DNA of 64,000 nucleotides from Candidatus Falkowbacteria bacterium (GCA_903897785.1 CAIUCZ010000030.1:18212-82211); one strand, 5' to 3'. Numbered from the stretch's first letter, positions 17,511-27,658 are shown. Numbers and translations are program-made. The notes: generated by a model from the sequence alone, not told the origin.

Positions 17511-19532
17511 ATGTTTAAGCGCAAAAGACATCATCCGGCTCATCGCCCTAATTTTTTGTTACTCTACGCCGAGCAAATGGAACGCCGGTTGCTGGCCGAA
17601 TTGGGCGGCCTCAAAAAACGGCGGCGCAAAATTTGGCATTTTTACGTCCAATACGGCGCCTTTGTGCTGGCAATTATTTTAGTTTTAACGATTGTCGCGG
17701 CCGGATTATGTTTTGCTCCGTTAAAACAAGTTTATAGCGAAGCGCAGCTCGGCAAATGGTATTTACAGCAAGCCGAGGCCTTTGAACAAAATAAAAATCT
17801 GGCCGTGGCCTTAGCCAATGCTCAGCAAGCCCAAGCCTCTTTAACCAAAGCCCAACAGGATTTTACCGCTCAAGTTGACGGCAAACTGCATTATTTTTTA
17901 ATTTTCAATCCGCTCCTCTCCGAAGTGCGCCATGCCTTGACCGCCTCGAACTTGACCAGCCAGGCAATCACGGCCGGTCTGCAATTAAAAACCGCCTTTG
18001 CTTCAGTTATGCCGGAAGCGCCGGCGACCTTTGCCCGTTATTCTAAAACGCAAAAAACCGAAGTCTTGTCAAAAATCTATGCGGCCGAAACTTCACTGGA
18101 GCAAATCGACAGCGAATTAAAAAGCGCCCAAGCGGAATTGGCGCAAATCAAACTTTTGCCCTGGCTGATCACCGGCAACAGCGCCTTGCTGGAATTGTCC
18201 GGCGCGATTACCGCCAGTCAAAACCGTCTGGCCGGCATTCGACCGCTGGCGCAGGCTTTGCCCAAGCTTCTGGGCTATCCGCAAGCGGCTAACTATCTGG
18301 TTTTTTTTCAAAATAACAACGAGCTGCGCCCGACCGGCGGCTTTTTGGGCAGTTATGGTATTTTGACCGTGCAAAACGGCGAGATTACCGCTTTTAAGAC
18401 TGATGACGTTAATAATCTTGATCGTTTTTCTGTGGGCAAATTGCAGGTAGCTTCGCCGGTGCCGCTAGCCAAATATATCGGCCAACCGAATTTGTTTTTA
18501 CGCGATGCCAACTGGTCGCCTGATTGGCCGACCACGGCTCAAACTTTGGCTTGGTTTTATAATCAAGAAAATAAGAACTTGCCAACACCGCACGCGGAGC
18601 AAAATTTTGTCGGTGTCATCGGCATCACGCCAAATCTGATTAATGACTTTTTGACTTTAACCGGACCGATCAAAGTCGGGACCGACACTTATGATAAGAA
18701 TAATTTTACTTCATTGCTGGAATATAATGTCGAGGTGAATTACAAACAACAAGGTCTGGCCAGGCCTTTGCGCAAAGAAGTGATCGGCCAAGTGGCGCAA
18801 GGTTTGGAACAAAAGATTTTTGCTTTGTCCGCCGCCAATTGGCAGCAGTTGATTTATAAAATAGCGGATAACATCGTTAAGAAAAATATTTTGGTCTATT
18901 TGACTGATCCGCAAATGCAAGTCTTGACCGCCAACACGCTTAATTGGTCGGGCGAAGTCAAAGCTACCGGCGGCGATTATTTCTTGGTGGATGATGCCAA
19001 CTTGGGCGCGCTAAAAACCGACGCTGTAATGAATCGGCGCATCAATTATACTTTGCGCCACACCAAAGACGGGTTGATTGCCGAGTTGCAAGTGGACTAT
19101 GCCAACAGCGGCAAGATTGCCGATTGGCAAACCACGACCTATAAAGACTATGTGCGGGTTTACGTGCCGCAAGGCAGTCAACTGCTGGGCTCGGCCGGCT
19201 GGACGCAAGATAAGACGGCGGTCAGTACTGATTTAGGCAAAACGGTATTTACCGGCTATTTAACGGTTGGATTGGGCCAAATCGTTCATTTGGACCTGCA
19301 ATACAAGCTGCCGGACAGCCTGACCAACGCCATGGTCGCCAATAATCAGTATAGTTTAATCGCCCAGCGCCAGCCTGGCTCCCGCCTCAATTACTTGCAA
19401 ATCGACCTGGCATTTGCTAAACCGATAAAATCATATCAACCTGCCAGTTTATACACTCAGCTGGTCAATGCTCAGGAGGTGCGTTGGACCAGCGACTTTA
19501 GTAATGACAAAAACTACCAAGTACAGTTTTAA
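17511..19532 (+). CDS. DUF4012 domain membrane-anchored protein
   Basis: YLVFFQNNNELRPTGGFLGSYG, LRDANWSPDWP, YVRVYVPQGS. Confidence 0.85.
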   Translation: MFKRKRHHPAHRPNFLLLYAEQMERRLLAELGGLKKRRRKIWHFYVQYGAFVLAIILVLTIVAAGLCFAPLKQVYSEAQLGKWYLQQAEAFEQNKNLAVALANAQQAQASLTKAQQDFTAQVDGKLHYFLIFNPLLSEVRHALTASNLTSQAITAGLQLKTAFASVMPEAPATFARYSKTQKTEVLSKIYAAETSLEQIDSELKSAQAELAQIKLLPWLITGNSALLELSGAITASQNRLAGIRPLAQALPKLLGYPQAANYLVFFQNNNELRPTGGFLGSYGILTVQNGEITAFKTDDVNNLDRFSVGKLQVASPVPLAKYIGQPNLFLRDANWSPDWPTTAQTLAWFYNQENKNLPTPHAEQNFVGVIGITPNLINDFLTLTGPIKVGTDTYDKNNFTSLLEYNVEVNYKQQGLARPLRKEVIGQVAQGLEQKIFALSAANWQQLIYKIADNIVKKNILVYLTDPQMQVLTANTLNWSGEVKATGGDYFLVDDANLGALKTDAVMNRRINYTLRHTKDGLIAELQVDYANSGKIADWQTTTYKDYVRVYVPQGSQLLGSAGWTQDKTAVSTDLGKTVFTGYLTVGLGQIVHLDLQYKLPDSLTNAMVANNQYSLIAQRQPGSRLNYLQIDLAFAKPIKSYQPASLYTQLVNAQEVRWTSDFSNDKNYQVQF

Positions 19533-19541
19533 ACACCTCTT

Positions 19542-20549
19542 ATGTTCAGAAAACGAATAAGTATAGATCTGGGAACAGCTTATACTCTGGTTCATGTGCC
19601 GCGCCGCGGTATTGTGATTAACGAACCGAGCGTGGTGGCCATTTCCGTTTTGGATAAAAAAATTTTGACAGTGGGCAACGAAGCCAAAGAAATGTTGGGC
19701 CGCACGCCTGATAATATTGTGGCGGTCCGGCCGTTGAAGGATGGAGTGATTGCCGATTACCGCACAACCGAGGCGATGCTACGCTATTTTATTAACAAGG
19801 CTTTGGGCGGCGTGCGCTTATTGCGGCCGGAAGTAATGGTCGCCGTGCCGTCGGGCGCGTCATCCACCGAACGGCGCGCAGTCATCGATGCGACGATTGC
19901 CGCCGGCGCCAAAGCGGCTTATGTGATTAAAGAACCGATTGCCGCGGCGATTGGCGCCGACATTCCGGTCGGCTCGTCTTCCGGGCATATGATTGTCGAT
20001 ATCGGCGGCGGCACGGCTGAGTTGGCTGTTTTATCTTTGGGCGGTGTCGTCGTTTCTAATTCGATTCGCGTCGGCGGCAATCGCTTGGACGCGGCGATTA
20101 TCGACTTTATCCGCCGCAAATATAATTTAGCCATCGGCGAACGGACAGCCGAAGAAGCCAAAATCAACATCGGCAGCGCCCTTTATTTGGAAGAGAAATT
20201 AACCACCGATCTGAAAGGCCGCGATTTGATCACCGGCTTGCCGCGCACTTTGTCGATTAATTCCGACGACATTACCGAAGCGATTCAAAACGAACTGGAG
20301 ATGATTATCGGCGCGGTGAAAAACTTGTTGCGCGAAACTCCGCCCGAGTTGGCGGCCGATATCATGGACAAGGGTATGGTTTTGTCCGGCGGCAGTTCAC
20401 AACTGCGCAATCTGGATCAATTATTATTCCGTTCGACCGATGTGCCGGCCTTTGTGGCTGATGAAGCGCAACTGTGCGTGGCTAAGGGGATGGGAATAGC
20501 TTTAGATAATCTTAACTCATATAAACGCAGTATCTTCGCGACTAAATAA
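19542..20549 (+). CDS. mreB: Rod shape-determining protein MreB/Mbl
   Basis: IDLGTA, PLKDGVIAD, DIGGGT, LSGGSS. Confidence 0.92.
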   Translation: MFRKRISIDLGTAYTLVHVPRRGIVINEPSVVAISVLDKKILTVGNEAKEMLGRTPDNIVAVRPLKDGVIADYRTTEAMLRYFINKALGGVRLLRPEVMVAVPSGASSTERRAVIDATIAAGAKAAYVIKEPIAAAIGADIPVGSSSGHMIVDIGGGTAELAVLSLGGVVVSNSIRVGGNRLDAAIIDFIRRKYNLAIGERTAEEAKINIGSALYLEEKLTTDLKGRDLITGLPRTLSINSDDITEAIQNELEMIIGAVKNLLRETPPELAADIMDKGMVLSGGSSQLRNLDQLLFRSTDVPAFVADEAQLCVAKGMGIALDNLNSYKRSIFATK

Positions 20550-20560
20550 AAATTAATTAA

Positions 20561-20645
20561 CGCACGAAACTACGAATTTTATGCGAATACCGCAAATTAC
20601 ATAGCGAAAGCCACGAATTCGAATTCGCATTTTTCGCATTAATGA
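20561..20645. repeat. Family E element (shorter, inverted copy)
   Basis: ATGCGAATACCGCAAATTACATAGCGAAAGCCACGAATTCGAATTCGCATTTTTCGCATTAATG. Confidence 0.8.
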
Positions 20646-20649
20646 AAAT

Positions 20650-21906
20650 ATGATAATCGGAATCGATGCCTCCCGCGCTAATCGCTCGCATAAAAGTGGA
20701 ACGGAATGGTATTCCTACTATTTGATTCGTGAATTGGCGCGGCTGGATCACAAAAATCAATATATTTTATACACCGACCAGCCGTTGACCGACGGTTTGG
20801 CGGATTTAACTTTGCCCGACGGCCAATTTTTAAACAAAGAGCCGGAGTTTGAAGGCGGCAATTGGCAAAAAATCATTTCTCCGGGCAAAAATTTTCGCGC
20901 TAAAGTTTTACACTGGCCGTGGAGCTTTTTTTGGACTCAGGGCCGCTTGTCTTGGGAAATGCTATGGCGTGCGCCCGACGTTTTGTTTATTCCGGCGCAC
21001 GCTCTGCCGTTAATCCATCCCAAAAAATCCGTCGTCACTTTACATGACATGGGTTTTGCCCGGCGCAAAAAATTGTATGAAAAAAATCCGATCAGTCTGG
21101 TCAAAGGACTCGATCTTTTAGTGCGCTTGTTGACGCGCGGCAAATACGGCGCCAATTCTTATGATTATCTTTGCTGGTCCACCGAGTTTGCCGTGCGCCA
21201 AGCGCAAAAAATTATTACCATCTCCAACTTTTCCAAGCTGGATATTATTGATTTATATCATCCGCCTTTAGATAAGGTTATTGTTGTCTACAACGGTTTT
21301 AGTAAAAATTTATATCGACCGGCCGATCGAGCGACTGCGGCGGCAATCGGCAAAAAATATAATTTGACTGCGCCTTATGTTTTTTATGTCGGCCGCTTGG
21401 AGCGCAAAAAAAATATCGCCAATTTAATTGAAGCCTTTGCTATTATCAAGGCTCGCCGTAAAGATTTTGCTCATCAGCTGTGTTTGGCCGGCGATGCCTC
21501 TTTTGGCTATGATGAAATAAAATATTTAATGCAAGAATTTGGCTTGGAAAACCGAGTTGTCTTGCCCGGCTGGGTGCCGGAAACAGATTTGCCTGCGCTT
21601 TTTTCCGGCGCGGCTGCTTTTGTTTTTCCCTCAAAGTACGAAGGTTTTGGCATTCCGCTCTTGCAGGCGATGGCTTGCGGCGCACCGATTGCCGCGTCGG
21701 AAGCCGCTTCCATTCCCGAAGTCGCCGGGGAGGCGGCGGTTTATTTTGATCCGGATGATGTTTATGTCATGGCCTTGGCGATTGAGAAAATCCTGTTTAA
21801 CCAAACCTTGAGTGATAACCTGGTTGCGGCCGGGTTGGAACGAGTCAAGCAGTTCGGCTGGAAGCAATGCGCCGGGGAAACGCTGAAAGTTTTGGAAAAT
21901 CTGTAA
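20650..21906 (+). CDS. GT4 glycosyltransferase
   Basis: IGIDAS, VGRLERKKN, FPSKYEGFGIPLLQAMACG. Confidence 0.93.
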   Translation: MIIGIDASRANRSHKSGTEWYSYYLIRELARLDHKNQYILYTDQPLTDGLADLTLPDGQFLNKEPEFEGGNWQKIISPGKNFRAKVLHWPWSFFWTQGRLSWEMLWRAPDVLFIPAHALPLIHPKKSVVTLHDMGFARRKKLYEKNPISLVKGLDLLVRLLTRGKYGANSYDYLCWSTEFAVRQAQKIITISNFSKLDIIDLYHPPLDKVIVVYNGFSKNLYRPADRATAAAIGKKYNLTAPYVFYVGRLERKKNIANLIEAFAIIKARRKDFAHQLCLAGDASFGYDEIKYLMQEFGLENRVVLPGWVPETDLPALFSGAAAFVFPSKYEGFGIPLLQAMACGAPIAASEAASIPEVAGEAAVYFDPDDVYVMALAIEKILFNQTLSDNLVAAGLERVKQFGWKQCAGETLKVLENL

Positions 21907-21909
21907 AAA

Positions 21910-21999
21910 TTACTACAAATACAAATTATTACAAATATACAAATTTCAATCCTCGTTGCGTGCGGATTTAGATATTTGTAATAATTTGTATTTGTAGTA
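21910..21999. repeat. Family F hairpin (ACAAAT / ATTTGT arrays), empty copy
   Basis: TACTACAAATACAAATTATTACAAAT...ATTTGTAATAATTTGTATTTGTAGTA. Confidence 0.85.
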
Positions 22000-22132
22000 G
22001 GCTAATATTAGCCAATAATTAGCCACGATTTATCATTGACTTTTACGCCGCTTTGTGCCATAGTTCAGATATATTCAAAGATTGAACATTTACAATCAAA
22101 TATATTTTCAACTTTCAAAAAGGAGTCCTGTG

Positions 22133-22903
22133 ATGGCACGCTTTCTTACCTTAATCCTGGCGGCTTGTTTGCTGCTGATTTTTGCCGACAATGCGGCAAA
22201 TGCTCAAGTCACTTTTTCCGTGCAAAACAACCAAGCGATCGTTTGGTCAACCGGCCGGGTTCAAATCAATCTGCAAATTGTTAATTTAAGCTATGCCAAG
22301 ATTAACAAATTTCAATTCATTCTTTCCATGGTTAACGCCCTGGGCTCAAAAGTTTTGGTCGAGGATTGGAATCCCGGCGGTCGAGATCTTTTGGGTCATC
22401 ACGGTGAGAGTATTCATTATTACACCGCTATGTCCACTCTCGACAGTAACGCCTTAGGCTGGAATAAACTGAATAAATTTTGGATTGATACAGCCAACGG
22501 TTTTTTGCCGCTAAACGCTACCGCGTATACAGTAATGGAAGTCTATGCTGATTTTCCTTTGCCCAGCAATTTGCATCAAGGCGACATTGTTACCGTCATC
22601 ATCGGCAACCTTACCTGCACTCTCGGCGACGGCCAAACGGTTGCGCCGACCAGCAGTACTATTGTCCTGAACATTCCTTTTAATACGACGCTTAGCGCCG
22701 TGGAGGATAAAGTTGCCGCCTTGTTGCCGACCACCTTGGAACAGCTCCGGGCTTGGCAACAACAACATCCCGAGACTCAAATCAGGCTCTATAACTTTCT
22801 CGGCCAAGCGCAAGACATTAATCGCTTAACCGAAAGTTTTTATCTTTATACTATCGAAGACGCCGGTCAAACCGTCAACGGCAAGATTATTTGTCTGCAT
22901 TAA
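22133..22903 (+). CDS. Secreted orphan protein with T9SS-CTD-like C-terminus
   Basis: AAGGAG SD, signal peptide ..NAANA/Q, C-terminal IRLYNFLGQ...FYLYTIEDAGQTVNGKII. Confidence 0.7.
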   Translation: MARFLTLILAACLLLIFADNAANAQVTFSVQNNQAIVWSTGRVQINLQIVNLSYAKINKFQFILSMVNALGSKVLVEDWNPGGRDLLGHHGESIHYYTAMSTLDSNALGWNKLNKFWIDTANGFLPLNATAYTVMEVYADFPLPSNLHQGDIVTVIIGNLTCTLGDGQTVAPTSSTIVLNIPFNTTLSAVEDKVAALLPTTLEQLRAWQQQHPETQIRLYNFLGQAQDINRLTESFYLYTIEDAGQTVNGKIICLH

Positions 22904-22945
22904 TAATTCAGTTCTTTGCAATGATTGATTTTTCTCACTACTTGC

Positions 22946-22978
22946 AACCCCCAAAGCTACGGCGATGGGGGTCTTTTT
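22946..22978 (+). terminator. Intrinsic terminator
   Basis: ACCCCCA-loop-TGGGGGT followed by CTTTTT. Confidence 0.65.
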
Positions 22979-22981
22979 ATT

Positions 22982-23154
22982 CTACAAATACAAATTATTA
23001 TCACCGCTTGTCGCGGGATTCCGCCCTCAATTAACAATATAAGTGGCGGAACAAATTTACAAATATCGTTCTCGCAGGTTTTATTTGTAAATTTGCCTGT
23101 CCGCCGTAGCTTTAGCGAAGTTCGAGCGGAGGCGGATGATAATTTGTATTTGTA
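22982..23154. repeat. Family F hairpin carrying two nested inserts (23001-23051, 23096-23136)
   Basis: Comparison with empty copies at 21910 and 52042. Confidence 0.8.
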
Positions 23155-23182
23155 GGAGCATCTTGTTATAATTCAAAGCATT

Positions 23183-25234
23183 ATGAAGGCAAAAATCATA
23201 AACATTATTTTGTTGCTATTAACCGTCGGCTGGACAACCTTGCCGGCGCGAGCGATGGCGCCCAATGATCAATTTTACAACAAACAATGGTACATCAAGC
23301 GCATCATGGCCGACAAAGCTTGGGACAAAATTCATGACGCGCCGAACATTGTTGTCGCTGTGATTGATTCCGGAGTAGATATCAATCATTCTGATTTAAA
23401 AAATAACTTATGGGTTAATCCCAAAGAAATCGCCGGCGACAGCTTGGATAATGATCGCAATGGTTATGTCGACGACATTAACGGCTGGGATTTTGTTAAT
23501 AACACACCCGATCCGTCGCCCAAGTTCAAGTCTGGTTATACGCCCGAAGGCGCTTTGCATGGCACGCTGGTTGCCGGCGTAATTGCCGCCCAAGGCAACA
23601 ATCAGATCGGCGTCTCCGGCCTGGCCTGGCAAGTAAAAATTATGGGGCTAAAAGCCTTGGACGATAAAGGCCAGGGCAAGCTAACCGACATTGTCCGAGC
23701 GATTAATTATGCCGTGGCCAACGGCGCCGATATTATTAATTTAAGTTTTGTCAGCCGCACCACCGGCAAAGACTTGGACAACGCTTTGCGCAATGCTCGC
23801 GCCCATGGCGTGATTGTTGTGGCCGCCGCCGGCAACGAGCAGAGCCAAGGCAATGGATTTTCTCTTGATAAGACGCCCCTGTATCCGGTCTGTTCCGACG
23901 GTTTACCCGGCCAGAATCTAGTTTTAGGTGTGGCGGCGACAGATGCTTTGGACCATAAAACCAACTTTTCCGGCTATGGCCGTAATTGCGTTGACCTGGC
24001 CGCTCCGGGTGTCAGTGTTTTTGGCACAGTGGTTTATAATCAACCGGATTGGCTAAACTTGACCAGTGAAACGCAAAAATCTTATGACGGTTATTGGTCC
24101 GGTACGTCTATGGCTGTGCCTATGGTGTCCGGGGCACTGGCCCTGGTAGAGGCGGCTAACCCGCATCTTACGGCCAGCCAAACAATTAACGTCGTGTTGT
24201 CAACCGCCGACAATATTGAAAGACTTAATCCAAAATACAGCGGCCAGTTGGGCCATGGAAGATTAAATGTGCAAGCGGCGGTTAGCTTGGCTTTGCAAAA
24301 ACTGGCCAATGAACGCGCTTACTTGGCTTTGCCGGTCAGTGACGGCGTCAATGATAGCGTTAAGTTGCTGACTTCTTCCGGTGCGGCCGTTAGAACCGTT
24401 ACTCTCGGTAAAACGCTTAACCGGCCGTTTGTCGTGGCCAGCGGCGATGTTAATGGCGATGGTCAAAACGAATTGATTGTGGTTGACAATCCGCCGGCCG
24501 GCAATGTTTCGACAAAAATTTTGGTGCGCATTTTTGATTTTTCCGGCAAGCTATTGAATAATTTTGCGCCGGTCGCTTGGCCGCAAGGTGCCAATGTTGC
24601 CGTAGCCGATTTTGACAATGACGGCCAAGCGGAAGTCGCCTTAAGTCCGATCGGCGGAGCCGCGGCCGAAATTCTGGTTTTTAAAAACAACAGTAAATTT
24701 ATGCGCCGCTGGCTGGCCTTTGCCCAAAATTTTAACGGCGGCGCCAGTTTGACCATAGTAAAATCCAACAACAAAACTTTATTGGCCGTCGGCCAAGGTG
24801 TTGGCGGCAGCGGTATGATTCGCTTGTTTGACTTATCAGGCAAACTGCAAACTGAATTTTCCTTTGGCGAAAATTTTAGCGGCGGGCTAAACTTGGCGGC
24901 AGTTAATCTTGATGATCATAGCTGGCGCACCGGCAATCAAGCGTTGTTGGTGGCCGGTTTTGGTCCGACCGCCAACGATCAAGCCAAACTTTTTTCCTTG
25001 GACGGCAAACAATTAATCAGCTTTGCGCCGTTTAATAAAGACGGCGCCGTCGGTTTGCGCTTGGCGGCCGGAGATTTTAATAATCAAGGCGCCAGCCAGT
25101 TGGTCTTTGCGCCGGACAACAATCAACGTCAAGACTTGCGTTTCTTTTCTTTGGATGGCAAACCGCTTAATTATTTGGCGTCATCGGCCAAGCTGTTTCC
25201 CTATGGATTGCATCTGACGACGGTGAGCCGATAA
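23183..25234 (+). CDS. Secreted S8 (subtilisin-like) peptidase with FG-GAP repeats
   Basis: VIDSG, HGTLVAG, AAAGN, SGTSMA; GDVNGDG and ADFDNDG repeats. Confidence 0.93.
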   Translation: MKAKIINIILLLLTVGWTTLPARAMAPNDQFYNKQWYIKRIMADKAWDKIHDAPNIVVAVIDSGVDINHSDLKNNLWVNPKEIAGDSLDNDRNGYVDDINGWDFVNNTPDPSPKFKSGYTPEGALHGTLVAGVIAAQGNNQIGVSGLAWQVKIMGLKALDDKGQGKLTDIVRAINYAVANGADIINLSFVSRTTGKDLDNALRNARAHGVIVVAAAGNEQSQGNGFSLDKTPLYPVCSDGLPGQNLVLGVAATDALDHKTNFSGYGRNCVDLAAPGVSVFGTVVYNQPDWLNLTSETQKSYDGYWSGTSMAVPMVSGALALVEAANPHLTASQTINVVLSTADNIERLNPKYSGQLGHGRLNVQAAVSLALQKLANERAYLALPVSDGVNDSVKLLTSSGAAVRTVTLGKTLNRPFVVASGDVNGDGQNELIVVDNPPAGNVSTKILVRIFDFSGKLLNNFAPVAWPQGANVAVADFDNDGQAEVALSPIGGAAAEILVFKNNSKFMRRWLAFAQNFNGGASLTIVKSNNKTLLAVGQGVGGSGMIRLFDLSGKLQTEFSFGENFSGGLNLAAVNLDDHSWRTGNQALLVAGFGPTANDQAKLFSLDGKQLISFAPFNKDGAVGLRLAAGDFNNQGASQLVFAPDNNQRQDLRFFSLDGKPLNYLASSAKLFPYGLHLTTVSR

Positions 25235-25271
25235 GCTTAATTAATTTAGTTTTAACTGTTTCAAATAAATT

Positions 25272-25356
25272 AGTTCTTAAAGTTTATAAAGTTACAAAGT
25301 TCATAAAGTGTCGCGCTTTATAACTTTAAGAATTTTATATCTTTTAACTTTAACTC
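25272..25356. repeat. Family B hairpin
   Basis: Right arm ends immediately before ATG 25358. Confidence 0.8.
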
Positions 25357-25357
25357 T

Positions 25358-26386
25358 ATGTTCAAACGCGCCATTTTCGACAAAAAAAACGTTTTAGTTC
25401 TGGGCGGAGCCGGTTTTATCGGCTCGCATTTGTGCGATCGCTTGGTACAAACAGCCAAAGTGATTTGTATTGATAATTTTTCCACCGGCACGGAATACAA
25501 TATCGATCATTTGTTGGCTAACCCTAATTTCAAGTTTATCAAAGCCGATTTATCAGAACCGCTTAGTTTGGAAAGCCAACCGGAGTTGGCGAGCTTTAAG
25601 GTAGAATTTCAAGGCGTGCAAGAAATTTATAATTTGACTTGCCCGACTTCACCGCTTGATTTTCATAAAAATAAAATCGCCAATTTGTTGGCCAACTCAT
25701 ATGTCGTTAAAAATGCTTTGGACTTGGCGCAAAAATATCAAGCCAAGCTGTTGCATTTTTCTTCGTCCGTGGTTTATGGCGCGCGCCGTTCTTCGGAGCG
25801 CGTCGCTGAAGAATTTGTCGGCGCTTTGGATCCGCTGGCCGAACGCGCGTCGTATGACACGGGCAAATGTTTTGCCGAAACGATGGTGCGTACATATCGC
25901 GATGTTTATAATCTTGATGCCAAAATTATCCGCTTGTCGCGCATTTACGGTCCGCGCATGCCCTTGAATCAAGGCCATCTTCTGCCGGATTTTATCGCCA
26001 ACGCCTTGGACAATCGTGATTTGGTCATTTTTGGCAACGAAACCTTTGCCACCTCGTTTTGTTATGTCGACGATTGTTTGGCGGCGATTGAAAAATTGAT
26101 GAACTCCGAGTTGGCCGGGCCGTTAAACGTCGGCTCCGATTTTGATGTTAACTTGACGGAAATGGCCAAGCGAGTAATTGCTATGACCGGTTCACAATCA
26201 AAAATCGTTTATACTGACGAGCATTTGTTCATCACGTCTTTGCCCTTGCTGGATATTACCAGAGCGCGCGAACAGCTGGGTTGGATTCCGTTGGTTTCAT
26301 TGGAACATGGTTTGGAAAAAACGATTGATGATTTGCGGGCGAGCAAAAATCTAAAGCGGACGGACTATGCGCAGAGCGCAGCTTAA
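25358..26386 (+). CDS. NAD-dependent epimerase/dehydratase, UDP-glucuronate decarboxylase-like
   Basis: GGAGFIGSHLC, YDTGK, IYGPRM. Confidence 0.9.
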   Translation: MFKRAIFDKKNVLVLGGAGFIGSHLCDRLVQTAKVICIDNFSTGTEYNIDHLLANPNFKFIKADLSEPLSLESQPELASFKVEFQGVQEIYNLTCPTSPLDFHKNKIANLLANSYVVKNALDLAQKYQAKLLHFSSSVVYGARRSSERVAEEFVGALDPLAERASYDTGKCFAETMVRTYRDVYNLDAKIIRLSRIYGPRMPLNQGHLLPDFIANALDNRDLVIFGNETFATSFCYVDDCLAAIEKLMNSELAGPLNVGSDFDVNLTEMAKRVIAMTGSQSKIVYTDEHLFITSLPLLDITRAREQLGWIPLVSLEHGLEKTIDDLRASKNLKRTDYAQSAA

Positions 26387-26424
26387 TTTTATTTAGTTGA
26401 TAATTTTTACGTAGCACGACCCTT

Positions 26425-26483
26425 AAGTTATAAAGTTCATAAAGTTGAAAGTTCTTAAAGTGATAATTTTTTCAACTTTTAAC
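26425..26483. repeat. Family B hairpin (short right arm)
   Basis: AAGTTATAAAGTTCATAAAGTTGAAAGTT...TTCAACTTTTAAC. Confidence 0.75.
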
Positions 26484-26488
26484 CACAC

Positions 26489-27658
26489 ATGAAGAAAATA
26501 AATATCCTAGGAGTAAATTTGGCAATAGCTAAAAAAACGGAAATCCACAACTTCATCCGCGCCGCTTTGTTTGGCCATCGCGCTCGCCAAATCGTCACGC
26601 CCAATCCGGAATTTTTATTAGCCGCGCAAAAGGACAAAGCTTTTTGGCGCGTCTTAAATAATGCCGACCTGGCCGTGCCGGACGGGTTTGGTTTAAAGTG
26701 CGCCGCCTGGCTCAAGGGTGTTAATCTGACCCGCTTTCCCGGATCTGATTTGATGCTGGAAATCTTAAAATTGGCCGAAGCGCAAAAAGCGCGTGTCGCC
26801 ATTGTCAATCGGCAAGACGGTTTATCATCGGAGCAGGCGATTAGACAAGTTTTACGTCAACGCTTTCCCAAATTAAATTTTGTTATCAAATCATTGCCCA
26901 AAAAAGACTCGGCTGACGATGCGCAATGGTTAAAAAATTTCGGGCCCAAGATTTTGTTGGTTAATTTTGGCGCGCCGGAACAAGATAAATTTATCGTCAA
27001 CATTAAAGATCAATTGCCATCCTTAAAATTAGCCATGGGCGTCGGCGGCAGTTTTGATTTTTTAACTAACAAACGCGTGCGCGCCCCCAAACTTTTTCGC
27101 GCCTTGGGCTTGGAATGGTTATGGCGCTTATTGATTCAGCCCAAAAGGATCAAACGAATTTTTAATGCGGTGATAATTTTTAGCCTGACAGCGGCGGTGT
27201 GGCGCATTCGCAGTTTTTTCTATCGCCCCAGCATCGTGGCTATGATTATTACACCCCAAAAAGAAGTCTTATTATTAAATCGCCTTGGCCCGCGCGATTA
27301 CTGGGGCTTGCCTCAAGGCGGCATTGACGGCCTTGAGTCGGCCGAACAGGCGGCCAAACGAGAAACTTTTGAGGAAACAGGCTTAAAAAACATCAAGATC
27401 TTGGCTAGTTTTAAAAATATTTTTAAATATCGCTGGCCGTCAAGCTACACTAATAGCGGCTACAAGGGCGAAAAACAGACTTTATTTATCATTAGTTACA
27501 ATGGGCCATTATTGGTCGTAAAAGTCTCTCCGGACGAGCATAAGGCCTATAAATGGGTAAGGTTGGATCGGTTGGCGGCCGAGTCCGGTAAGGTTCATGA
27601 AACTGCCTATAAACTATTCTTGGAAAAACTAAAAACGGTCAAGGATATTGGATATTAG
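26489..27658 (+). CDS. WecG/TagA/CpsF (GT26) glycosyltransferase fused to a Nudix hydrolase
   Basis: IVTPNPE, PDGFG, GAPEQD, GVGGSFD, GLEWLWRL; Nudix box GGIDGLESAEQAAKRETFEETGL. Confidence 0.9.
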   Translation: MKKINILGVNLAIAKKTEIHNFIRAALFGHRARQIVTPNPEFLLAAQKDKAFWRVLNNADLAVPDGFGLKCAAWLKGVNLTRFPGSDLMLEILKLAEAQKARVAIVNRQDGLSSEQAIRQVLRQRFPKLNFVIKSLPKKDSADDAQWLKNFGPKILLVNFGAPEQDKFIVNIKDQLPSLKLAMGVGGSFDFLTNKRVRAPKLFRALGLEWLWRLLIQPKRIKRIFNAVIIFSLTAAVWRIRSFFYRPSIVAMIITPQKEVLLLNRLGPRDYWGLPQGGIDGLESAEQAAKRETFEETGLKNIKILASFKNIFKYRWPSSYTNSGYKGEKQTLFIISYNGPLLVVKVSPDEHKAYKWVRLDRLAAESGKVHETAYKLFLEKLKTVKDIGY

